Positions 1 to 10,900 of a stretch of 48,632 bases of DNA are shown piece after piece (position 1 is the first letter of the stretch; every line of letters begins with the position of its first letter). This DNA is from Catajapyx aquilonaris (lineage: Eukaryota), in assembly GCA_000934665.2 (NCBI GenBank), contig JYFJ02006024.1, positions 1 to 48,632 of the forward strand, in the 5' to 3' direction. Position numbers and translations under genes: made by a program. Under the pieces are notes generated by a model, which was given only the letters and a program-made list of their open reading frames with translations, was not told the origin of the DNA and ran no database searches.

Positions 1-1116
1 GCATATGTGGAAAAGGACCTACCACACAATAGCTGCACTAGCCCGTGACTCTCTTCTTTCTAGGTGATTGTAAGAACTTTATGACCGCCCCTCGTAGTTC
101 GCCGAATTTGTGAAACTTCGGCAGTACAAATTCGGCTATACACAGGTTTTTCCTCACTGAGGGACGTAAAAATTCCGTCCGTTTCCGCGTTAGACAGGTT
201 CCACTGTATATCGGACAAAAATACATGAGAAATCCTATCTCACTGCCTGCCGAGTACGTAAAATTATTCCGCAGCAGACAAGTTTATGCTACATTCAGGG
301 TCCGCCACAAGCATGTTTCACGGTACACTACAGTACTTTCAATGGTATTTCAGTATCACGTAATCCCGCTCTTTGGCTCCTCAAAGTTCAAAGTTTTTGT
401 GCCAAATAATTTGAATCCGGTTGTAACCCTGTCCCATTGGACGTATTCTGAAATTAATGAACTCTATGTAGTACGTCCATTGCACTACTAGGATATACAA
501 GTATTTTAGAGAATTGATTGGACCCTCGTAGTTACAGAGATTTCCGGCTTCAAAAAGGTTGGTGAGCCAACATCTGCAGAGTAAAGTTGGCTGACCACGA
601 ACGCATATGGAATTGACGTACGTACTATACAGTAAACTGTAGTACGCTCAATGGACTCTTCGGATCTAAAGACCCTTCAATTTTTCCCAATGACGTGGAT
701 AGAACTCACAAAAATCAATATAGCCACGAGATACCGAAAATCTTCAGCTACCACCGCAAACAAACACCATGTCGATGGAAATATCGGATTATGTAAACTT
801 ACGTGGGCAGTGGAAGCAGGATCTGATTTAGCATATTTGCCCCATCTGCACCTTGCACCGGCCCAGTTTTTTCAGGTCATATTGCCAGGGGTCAGGAGGT
901 CATGACTTGGAGAACAGATCGGCGCCACATGGTTCCACGGACTGAGCTAGAAAGTATTTATTTCACACATAATGGTACTACTCCACCCATTTGCTCCAGC
1001 ACTGCGGTGCTACAATCACCGGGAGTTCACAATAATTGCAGTAGAGGTCACTATGATATCCCGTGTGATTATGATTTATATTATTATATTTAATCGCTTC
1101 TTTCATTGTAAAATTC

Positions 1117-1123
<7 letters not shown>

Positions 1124-1153
<30 letters not shown>

Positions 1154-1194
1154 TTACGATACCCCTTTCGAGGGCAGTACTTTTTTTGGGGGAC
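1124..1194 (-). mobile_element. Extremely 5'-truncated retroposon (LINE/SINE 3' tail) with (TAAA)n tail and 13-bp TSD
   Basis: The direct repeat aaattcaattatt at 1111-1123 and 1195-1207 flanks the insert. On the minus strand it reads GTCCCCCAAAAAAAGTACTGCCCTCGAAAGGGGTATCG followed by (TAAA)n. Confidence 0.7.
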
Positions 1195-1329
1195 AAATTC
1201 AATTATTCATCCGTGTAGCTTAGAGATCTCTAAACGTATTATGCCAACTAGTATACTAGGTGTACAGTATACATCGAGTATGTAAAAAGGAATCTTCGCA
1301 TATTGTAATTTGGGCTTTCACTTCATTTA

Positions 1330-1494
1330 AATCATAATCATATTTGATTAGCTTTTTTTTAAATGGATACCCCGTCATAGGTCCTCTTGGGCCTTTTCGG
1401 GGATCATCTTTTTTGACCGTCTTTAATAATTGCCTGTCCTGTGATTGATTTTGATCGTGGGAGGAATCGGGAGAACCCCGAGAAAACCCACGCG
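1330..1494 (-). mobile_element. 5'-truncated V-domain SINE copy (V core + tail)
   Basis: The minus strand GCGTGGGTTTTCTCGGGGTTCTCCCGATTCCTCCCACG resembles the conserved V-SINE domain (GCGTGGGTTTTCTCCGGGTACTCCGGTTTCCTCCCAC). About 55 bp are shared with 13212-13266. It ends in a CCCC..GGGG stem, an A-tract and ATGATT repeats. Confidence 0.75.
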
Positions 1495-3327
1495 AAGGTG
1501 GAAGGCTGGCCGCTATAATCACTAGACCACGCTCCTCTGATGAGCAATTACAGAATAACCACCTCTTTTATATTGTTATGATCAGAGACGACCAAAAATA
1601 GAACAAGCAAGAAATAATTTACAATATTGCGTATCTCACGCTGCATTTTCTCACAGCGACACGATAAGGCGTGTTCTAAATCCAGTAGCAAGGCGCATGA
1701 GAAGCAGAAAGCACATTTAATGGTGTCGCCCTTCTTGCCAAAGCAGAAACAAACACTGGCATAATGATCGCATCGCATCCAGCACATCGTTGAGAGCAGT
1801 TAAACGTCATATCGCATCGGCGCAGCAATCTCAAGCTGTATACTTGGAACTTCAGAGTCGATACAAGCCACCTGCAGCCATAGTGCTGCTATTCTTGAGG
1901 ATCTGTCTACCTTCCAATAAAGTCTCAACCTACACACCAAGCAGTATTTTTACCTGAATTAAGCCTCTTTTGTTTGGAAGACTAATGACGCACAGTTCAT
2001 GTTTCTGAGAAAACTTGGACGTCCTTTTATCAAATGTCACAAGGTCAGAGTATATAAGTTTCCTCGTTTTCCTATAGGCAAAATTTACTGTGACAACTGA
2101 AGCATAGAAATACGTCTATTTCAAGATTCTGTGTGGGCGTAACGTCTATGTTATTAAACTGCGAGTCATGGTTATCATCATCCATTCGCCTACATCTCCC
2201 CATTCACAAGAGATCTGTATCGCTTTGAAGGTTTATAAGGATTACAAGCCTCGTCCTACGCCCGAGTGTGCTGATAAGATTTCCCATCTACCAGAACATC
2301 TACAGTTTCTGCACACACGTGTGATCACACCGGCAGCGTTGTGACCTAACAGGGGTCAATCTCCAGAGGTGGGAAGATGTTTGCACGCAAGTGATTTTTG
2401 GAAGTGTTTCACTTGGTTCTAGTCCAAATTGTCACGTTATTTTCGTAATATTACTTACTGGCAATGGATGCGTCTCCAGAGCAGAAATTCGATATCCAAC
2501 GACAAAAATGGCAATAAAAGGGTCTCTCCTTTTATGGACGGGGTTGATAAGAACAAGTTTGCCAACTCTGAAGGATTCTGGGGGCACCTTTATCGAAGTC
2601 TATCGTCCCGTTCTCGCAATGTGCGCCTCCTGCTCACAAACACGGACGTTTGGATTAAGGCCAGTAATCGGAAATCTTTATAAAAACAGACAATAAAAGA
2701 AGCCCTTCCACGAACACGACCAACTAAATTTCCACGTCGTTTCTTCTCTCCATTTCAACTCCTCAGCCCCCCTCCCCAAACCCCCTTTCACAACGACGAC
2801 CTTTGTCACGAATTTCCATGTCAAGAGGGGAAGATCTGAGTCCCTCATTTGAAAGCCATCTCCCCCTAGCTGTTCCTCCATTGACTTGCTGAATTCTCTT
2901 TCCTTGCCAGTTTTGTAAGGTACACAGCTTACGTCAGAATATGCTGGAGTGACGTCATTTCTGAAATATCTCTCGCGCCCTGCCATTCAGTTGCAATGTT
3001 GTGCTGGCACAGCAGTGCACACGAAAGAAGACGCTTCCTGCGTCCTACTCAAATTTATTTCAGGTCACTGTCAATGAAAACAACGCAGCATCAAATTATG
3101 GCCCTGATGAATGGCCCAGGGGAACATTCTGCTGAGGTATCATAGTAGTTAAAAAATATGGCCAAGTGACAAAAAATCATCCGCGATTTTTTTTTGTAAA
3201 CCCTGGCTGGCATTGTGCTCACTATTACTTTAAATAAAATGCATAAACAAACCCGGAGCCTAGCCAGCAGAGTATTTCTGTGGAAGGTGCTCAAGGTGGC
3301 TATACTGCAACTAAATATGTCTTTCTG

Positions 3328-3650
3328 GGGAGGTATGGTGGCCGAGATGGTAACGTCTCGGCTTGCTGAGTGAAAGGTCCCAGGTTCGATCCCCGCCTGG
3401 GAGTTCCCTTTCACTTGCGTCGGGAGGGTCTCTGACCTGCACCAAGGAGGTGTCTGGCAACCTAACCTCCTGGGGTACTGCACATGGCCCATTATTGAGA
3501 TATTGCACCTGCACCCGTATCCCCTCCCCGAAAATCCCTCTCCTTGCCCTACGTCCTTGATTCCTTGCACCGGAGTTTGAAGTTAATTCAGAAAAATGGT
3601 GGTATTCCACCCCCCTGAAAGGGCCTACGGGATAAAACAGCAAAAAAAAA
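3328..3650 (+). mobile_element. Full-length tRNA-derived SINE
   Basis: Pol III A-box TGGCCGAGATGG (3339-3350), B-box GGTTCGATCCC (3383-3393) and an A9 tail (3642-3650). The 3' half (about 3457-3650) is homologous to the inverted copy at 43158-43362. Confidence 0.85.
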
Positions 3651-3683
3651 GTCTTAAATTGCTACTAACGTGACGGGTGTATA

Positions 3684-3891
3684 CAGGGTGGTCCAACATC
3701 AAGTGTCGTTTTATAACGGCTATTAATAGAAGCGCTTTAAGATTGACGTAGCAGCGACGTGTAAAATTGCCCACTTCGATGGCGCCGAAGATGCGCCGAA
3801 GTGGGACATTTTACGCGTCGCTGCTACGTCATCGCAAAATCACTGCTATTAATCGCCGTTATAAAACGACACTTGATGTTGGACCACCCTG
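3684..3891. mobile_element. Palindromic Tc1/mariner-type MITE (208 bp)
   Basis: TA|CAGGGTGGTCCAACATCAAGTGTCGTTTTATAACGGC ... GCCGTTATAAAACGACACTTGATGTTGGACCACCCTG|TA. Nearly the whole element folds back, and there is a TA TSD. Confidence 0.92.
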
Positions 3892-5259
3892 TATAGTCAC
3901 AGGCTGATTGGCAGCATCAGCAGTCATTAAATAAGACAGGTCGGAGTTAAAATCGTCGTAAATGGAAAGGCGAAAATGTCTCGCGTGTAAAAAGAAAAAA
4001 AATCCCGTTGACATACATAAAACCACTGCTGAGCTGGATACTTCATGTACAAGACTTAAAGTACACTCACCCCCCGAATAAATAAATAAAAACCTTTAAG
4101 AAGATCAGCTACTTGATAATCTGTGTCATGAGATATTATCAGGATGAAGCATCGATTATACGCCACCCAATCGTCATTAAGACCCGAGAGATACCACTAT
4201 ACATCGACTTAAACCGCCATTAATGTGCTGTTTTCATGATAAATGTGGGGGAAATCTACCACTGACGGATGGAGAACATGAATATCCAGCAGACCGAAGA
4301 AACCTTGCCTGTTACAGCAAGTGTCGGACCCGTGTGTCGGACACGGCCTCCAATATACAGTATTGCCAGGTTCGGCCGGAGAGGCTGACATCTGGCGGCC
4401 GCCTCGTGAGTTGCAATAATGGCGGAATTTGTGGGTATACAGGTGGTATACAAACGTGTAGGCAAAGGCAGGAGAAAAATCCAGCATGCCCCTCAACAGA
4501 AATTATTGTTGTTTCTGGAGATGTGAAGGGATGATAAGGCGCATACTGTATATCGCCTTATTACTTAGGTCTTAGGATATTCTCAATTTGAACTGGCAGC
4601 AATGATCATCATCAAAATTCTGATTGGAATGAATCAGGTCCGTGACACAGTTATAGTAACTGCTGGATTTCTTATCTATAGAGCCTCCTCCACCAATGTG
4701 TGCAAAACCCTATGTACTGTACAGTACATAAAAATGCAAAGTAACAACAATGCTGACAGTCAAAATCAGTGCAAGGACTTTTCCTCGCAGACAAACAATT
4801 CCTTACAGCTTGCTTCGTGCTAAATAAATCCTCCGGTGACACGTGAATGTTTCTGCACGCACAAAGTCCTTGACATGAGTCTGCCTTTGACAAATCTCAA
4901 ATTTCCTTTTAGCGCCGTCGGTGCTGCCATCACAAATAGAAATGCGTTCCATGGAATTGAAACCGCTATTCGCGTGAGAATATCTATCAGATGATAAAGA
5001 AGATCGATGCGATTATATATGCCCCTTGTGAAGATGTGCGGAAGGGGGGAAATCCATTATTTTCCTGGCATTAACTGAAATGGAGGGAGAAGGTGGAGTG
5101 CAATTGTGGGTAGGCCTTGAGAGCAACAGTTGTCACGAAAATGTCCTGTGCCCCACAATTTCCAAATGGGATGTAATCGAAAGTGGACGTCATTAGCACC
5201 ACAAAGACGGAAGTGGGTTTCCAACCTAATACACCAGTTCATCGGGCTTTTGCGTGGCG

Positions 5260-7150
5260 GGGCCGTTGCACGACAGCCCTTCATTTTGCCACACCGGCAG
5301 CCTGATTGATTCATGACACTCACCCTGTTGATGGCAGTCATGGGCCGCAGTCTAGCCTCGTTGGCAACACCAACTCTGAAAGGCACAAAAAAAGAAACAC
5401 TTAGCATTGTTATGCATAAAATGATATTTAACACTTCGACATTAACATCAAAAGGCTTCAGTGATGCCATCATACATATGTTTTACATTTTGGGTAATAA
5501 TTTATCTACTGTACATCGCATGCTGTATAACCTAAATTCCCTGGACTATATTTGTTTAAATTTAGATATGAGGAATTCAATTCCTATAGGCGAGAACTTG
5601 GATCTAAAGCTCTTGCACTCTATACTGTACTTGACCAGATTTCGATTCCCGTGCAAATATTTCGTCCAATATGTTTCTGCAGTACATTTGTGATTATTGT
5701 CATTGTAATAAATAGCAGGGAACATTGGGCTGTAGGGCCTCAAGGTTGGGTCAGCCCATATGCCCTCTCAGAACAAAGAGTAAATTAATGCATGGTTGTA
5801 TGAAGGCCAAGTAAGAGAAACTCTCAGATTATGCGCAATATCCGCAATCCATAGTCTAGATGTTCCCTTAATTTGACTTCATACAACCGGGGATAAGTAT
5901 GGCACATAAGCAGCTCTTATAACTGAGGCTTCCTTCAACTCCCCTCCGGGTCAGCCAGGCATTACGGCACACGATCAAAGGACGTACTTCAGTATAAACA
6001 TCATGTTGACCTGCTCATTGTTCCGAGAGTGATGCCCTAACAGGAGTGGTGCACTACCAGAGTACCAACCTTTTAAAAATCTAATAGCGTACCTTCATTG
6101 ATGAATTTGACAATTGGCACTATTCTGCATAAATCATGGAAATTGCGGCACAATAATTTCCAACACATATGCACATTCGAATTGAAGCTGTAAGTTCCAG
6201 CCGTCAAATCAATTACTGGTTCAAACACATTTTTGTCTACCTGCGGTCACAAGGTGTTTTTAAAATGATTACAACATCAAGGTTGGTCTCCTGGGCACCT
6301 GAGAATCACTGTATACGTATGCAGAGGTGTCATTTTGTACCGCTGCCTCGTTACCGGGATAATTGATTTTAAACACAAAGCGTGAAATATCCTGGCAGGT
6401 ATGCATCCCTCCGCGTGACCTTGTCATTTATATTTAAATATAGATATTACTATACCATTTCAATTAAACTGAGATCTCATTATGTGCAGCAGGCAGTTGC
6501 CGAGGTGAATTAAGTGCCGTAGGATGGATCCCCGACCTAGAAGATAATGTAATGCCAGCACTTTGACTAATGCTACTTGTTTCAGTCACGGGGCTGCGGA
6601 TACCAATGACAGTTCTACATTGGTGATTTTTTTTTGTGACAAGGAGCTCGTCCTAACAGATTTGTCTGAATCATTACAAAAAATGAAGGCGTTTACAAGG
6701 TTCGCTGCACCATACAAATGTTTTGGTTTCTGTCTTGTAAAATTGTCACTTTTACTTCGAGGTGTATCAATAACAGTAACCTCCATGCAAATGATTAGAA
6801 GATAGAGATTTAAAAACTGGCATTTATGCTAAACTGTTTCAAATCTATCCAGAAAGTGTCTTATGCGTTACTTATGGGCATGCCATATGTCTTGGGAAAA
6901 TCTCTTCATGCTGTACCACTGTCGCTGTCGCGTCGTACCGCAAGTCTCAATAATTAAACTGAAGAACTCTCCATTAACTGTGTTTGAACTTGTCCGTCTA
7001 CCAAATAAGTCGCTTCCAGCAATTGTTTCAAGATTTGCTCTTTTGACTGCTGCAATTCCTGGGGCAATCATGCAAAATTTAACTAATGCAGTTGTCTAGC
7101 TCCTGGGAGCTTGTTACTACAGTTGCTGTTTTGCAAGGATCAATTTTCAT
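5260..7150 (-). pseudogene. Decayed dynamin-like GTPase + protein kinase fusion gene (DSTYK-like architecture)
   Basis: Ordered degenerate motifs on the minus strand. GTPase: EN*SLQN~GKSSLLN (7128-7148), VTVIDTPR~DTPG (6757-6780), AFIF (6679-6690), D*NK*H~VCNKWD (6570-6587). Kinase: LTAGTYS Gly-loop (6187-6207), FINE..LL (6094-6105), MFILKY (5984-6001), RLWIADIAHNLR (5834-5857 onward), FIQPCINLLFVL~FIHRDIKL.NVL (5769-5804), MASLKPF (~5470), RATA~RPTA (5261-5272). There are many stops and frameshifts. Confidence 0.5.
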
Positions 7151-7860
7151 GTCAAATTATCTCTTTGCTTTGATTTTGTACTACATTTACTCCATGGGTC
7201 TAGGGACTTCCGACAGGGAGGTATGTGTGCATGACATTGAAGTATGGTACACATTTCAAAACGATCTATCATTACATTGAACACTAACAAACTTGAATCC
7301 ACATTGTGGCAGTAAAAACTCGTGTAGGTTTCACTCCTGTGGCATACAAGTAATCAGTCGTAGAAACACTACCATGAGTCAAAACAGGCCCCAGCAAAAT
7401 TTAACACCACAATTGTGGTTCTGAAACAAGTAAATACTTCATATCCAAACATAGCGCTGAATCACACTGCGGCTGACCTTTTTGAACAAGGGCCCAGTAT
7501 GTTCCAGAGTTGTGCAGAGTGTAGAAGGACTGATATAGCATCCAAGACGTAAGTTCACGGTGTGAAATATGAGTCCCCTGAATCTAAGCCAGGATCATCA
7601 GATATGTGCACTCAGCTTGAAGCTGTTTCGCTCACTTTCAAACTTACAATAGACTAATAACATTCTCTAGCACCGAGGCACCATAAAAGTTAAGCAATAA
7701 TGTGGACATGCAGGATACAGCAATGAACAACACTGAGTCATAGTACCACAATCACCCCATGGTTTTAGTCCGCTGATTGGCAATCTAAATGAACGCGATA
7801 GTGTATGCGATATTTAAGTAAGTAAGCCACATTCATTTTCAAAATATTGCAACCGATCTG

Positions 7861-7863
<3 letters not shown>

Positions 7864-7916
<53 letters not shown>

Positions 7917-7946
7917 NCTCTCTCTCTCTCTCGCTCTCTCTCTCTC
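7864..7946. repeat. (CT)n/(AG)n microsatellite
   Basis: About 40 CT units with one N and one interruption. Confidence 0.97.
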
Positions 7947-9003
7947 ATAATAAAATTTCCAATAAAATTCACTATCATAATATACACACAAAGTAGGCAT
8001 CTTCTGATATTGTCTCCAAAGGACCCACTGTTTCCTCTTAGCAATCATAGTTACTGACGACGGGAGAGCTCGTGTTCTGACTATATGACCTGAGACAAAA
8101 TAAAACTTTGTATACATTAGTTAGTCTCAGAAACAAGTGGTTTTAGGAAGTATTGTCTAAAGACTCTAAACAATAATGGTCTGGAACCAGTGAGTGGCTC
8201 AAAAATTATTTAGTCACTTGATTACACCTGCTTTTCTCCCACATTATGGACATAAGAGTTCTAGTGATCAAGGATTATGTATTTAGAAGTGTGTGGGCAT
8301 CTTTCTACATGCTCCCCCCTCATCCGCTGTGATGGAAACCTCACAGTCAGATGAATCAAAGATAATCACATGATAGCGTACACAGGGTACAAGAATCCAT
8401 CCCTCACAAACTGGAAAAAAAAATTTCGATAATAAATTCTACACACATGTTTTTGTTATGTCCATGGTTAGCACATAATGTGCCTCGGATAAGGTTCCCT
8501 GGAAGATGATTGTATCTGCACCTCTAAAAGTAATACGGAGAGCTAGAATTTTTATCGGCCATTGTTCAAGAAGAAGAAACATACGGATGACAAAAAAACC
8601 GTCAAAATAAAGACAAGAACAGGCATCTTTGAGTCGCTACAATGGATAATCAAAATTTACTGCCCCAGAACAATTAAATTGTATGACACAGTTAGTTTCC
8701 TGCACGTCTCCTTAGGCTGTGTTCCAAAGCTCGCCAGAATGAGAAGCCAATTCTCGAACCCATTTGGTCCATGGAGTAGTCGTGTGTAACAGTTGGCTTT
8801 CGCTAAGGCCGTTTGTCGCGAGCTTGAGAATACACCTTTAGCCTTTACACCATTTCACACATGTTAACTCTTGGGGTTTCCAAAATATGTTTATTGTCAT
8901 TCATGTCACATCGGTTAAATCTTTCTACAGCGCGCTTGCATCGACAAAAACAATATGATTTTTTTTGTTGCAAAATTGCCATATAATCATGAATTCAGAT
9001 TTC

Positions 9004-9017
9004 TAATAATGATGATG

Positions 9018-9098
<81 letters not shown>

Positions 9099-9148
9099 CT
9101 ACTACTACTACTAATAATAATAATAATACTAATAATAATATTATTATT
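9004..9148. repeat. (AAT)n microsatellite with GAT/ACT variants
   Basis: Directly visible trinucleotide array. It explains the poly-Ile ORFs in the track. Confidence 0.97.
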
Positions 9149-9540
9149 AACGCCACTTAATGTGTCAATTATTATCTTCAAAGTGATATTAGAGGTAAGT
9201 GATAATGACTAGCTTTTCGGTGCAAACCCCAGAATATATTTATTTTCCCATGTTATCAGCGGCGAAACCTTCATTCAACGCTAGAACTAATTAAACTGCC
9301 ATCCTGCTGAACAACCTTAACAACGTTTGCAGTAATGACGGGACGTCCGCGAAACTCGCATGTACACAATATCAGTATGTAACGTGTTACGTGCTAATGC
9401 ATGCTATGCATGTAGTCCTCGTGAAGCGACCAATGTTGGAACCATGGCATGCTTTAGTACAGCTACAACTTTTGTTCGTCATCAAAGTATTCTTTGAAGT
9501 AGGCCTTTGATACAATTCAAATTGACAACAAAGTATCTAT

Positions 9541-10039
9541 TTATCTGAAAAACTCTTGCCCTGGAGTAGAATTGCAATGTACAGGAATGCCATTAGTTAT
9601 AAACTAGTTGCACGATTCCAGTCAAGGCCTACAGAACATTTGTAAGTGCAGCTGAGCAGTGTAACCTGTAGGCACTACACAATGCCCTCAGGAAGGCGAC
9701 TCTGGTAAAATATTCAGTAAGCTTATCTGTGTAGTGCTTAATTTGCATGTGCATGTCTGTCACCCGCAACTGGTATAAGAAACACAGTTTCAAGGCGACA
9801 AAGTGTGTAACAGTTGGCTTTACTACTTCCATGTGGCAGTAATGAGTCCATTTGCATCACATACAAACATTTAATTGCGGCCCATTGTACTTCACTGCCA
9901 GCTAATGAAATATACATGAGTTGCGCTCTGGCATAAACTTTAACCACGTTAGCATTTTGAGTTGCAGTGCACGGTGTACGAAGACAGTGCCGTGCTTTCA
10001 TACTTTTGCTCACAACATCAAAACAAACGGAGGCAACTG

Positions 10040-10093
<54 letters not shown>

Positions 10094-10900
10094 ATAGCCA
10101 TGACTTCTCTTCTGATATCATAAGCAATGATTTTTCCCTCCCTCGCTCTTGAAAACAAAGCACCCCCTTCTGCACCTACCCACGATAATTAGTATTACAG
10201 GCTTGCTAATGGCATAAATGGGTATAAAAAGCATTATGGGGGTTGGCAAGTGGCAATTAGGCAGGGGGTGACGCCTGCGAATTACGACTTGGAGCCCGCT
10301 CATGGTGCTCATGAAAAAAATATATGTTTTGGTTTACAGGCTGAGTGGGGATCATGTATGCACTTTCATGGACTTCCTTTAAAAGCCATAGCAAGATAGC
10401 AGGCATGGTAGTAAAAACCTTTCACTAAAATTCCATAGAACTAGTCCTGTGGGCCTTCGCCACAGAGATGTGACACTGATCGATCGAACCATGATGCTGA
10501 GCGAACATTTTACCCCCCTCCTACCCTTGGCCATTGTGATGATAACGCCCCTGGAGCCGAGGTGTCCAACCCAAACGCTTCTTCCTTCAATCCGGGACAC
10601 TCATTTGCTTCCCATTTGGCCCGCATAAGAGCCCTTCTCATTAACTCCCATCCCCAAGTTTCTCCAGGGTAACATCTCGTCGGTTATGATCCGGGCAGAG
10701 CCCTTGACACGCTCTTGCCAGGCACAGAAGAGGATGGAGAGAATGCAACTATAATAATCCAGAGATTACAGTTGTTGCTTTGAACTGAATGAACAGGCTT
10801 TTGTCATACTAGAAGGGACCGCAGTCCTCCGCATCCTGCCGTGTATGTAGCCAGGCCGCACTTGTCTCACATGCACAACGACAACCAGGAAGGATCAAGT
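9541..10900 (+). pseudogene. Decayed death-domain + kinase gene (IRAK/Pelle-like)
   Basis: 9541-9730 reads LSEKLLPWSRIAMY..ISYKLVARFQSRPTEHL*VQLSSVTC/fs/LHNALRK, which is death-domain-like. From ~10199 it reads RLANGINGYKKHYGGWQVAIR (subdomains I/II; VAIR at 10250-10261), then HEKNI, GLRHRDV..MMLSEHFTP (HRD at 10461-10469) and PKFLQGNISS (10653-10682). Stops and frameshifts are present. Confidence 0.45.
10042..10090. repeat. (AG)n microsatellite
   Basis: Directly visible. Confidence 0.97.

Noticed and set aside
89..533. 11-bp direct repeat CCCTCGTAGTT (89, 523) and 11-bp inverted repeat (101-136)
   Set aside because: It may be part of a transposon cut by the window edge, but there is too little evidence to call. 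Two copies do not make a CRISPR-like array.
3328..3400. Possible functional tRNA gene
   Set aside because: There is no proper acceptor stem, and the sequence continues into a repeated body with an A-tail, so it is a SINE head.
3091..3643. 159-aa and 110-aa ORFs, with similarity to the ORF at 43259-43483
   Set aside because: They overlap the SINE. The shared peptide (NLTSWGTAH) reflects repeat homology, not a protein.
7480..7555. Plus-strand YVPEL...YS..DVSS resembling kinase subdomains VIII-IX
   Set aside because: It is an isolated weak match with no convincing ordered neighbouring motifs and is likely chance.
8822..8835. 14-nt match to part of miR-137 (GCTTGAGAATACAC)
   Set aside because: The seed region is absent and I see no precursor hairpin.
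8955..9212. Poly-Ile and poly-ER ORFs (also 7814-8117 and 9967-10152)
   Set aside because: These are translations of microsatellites.
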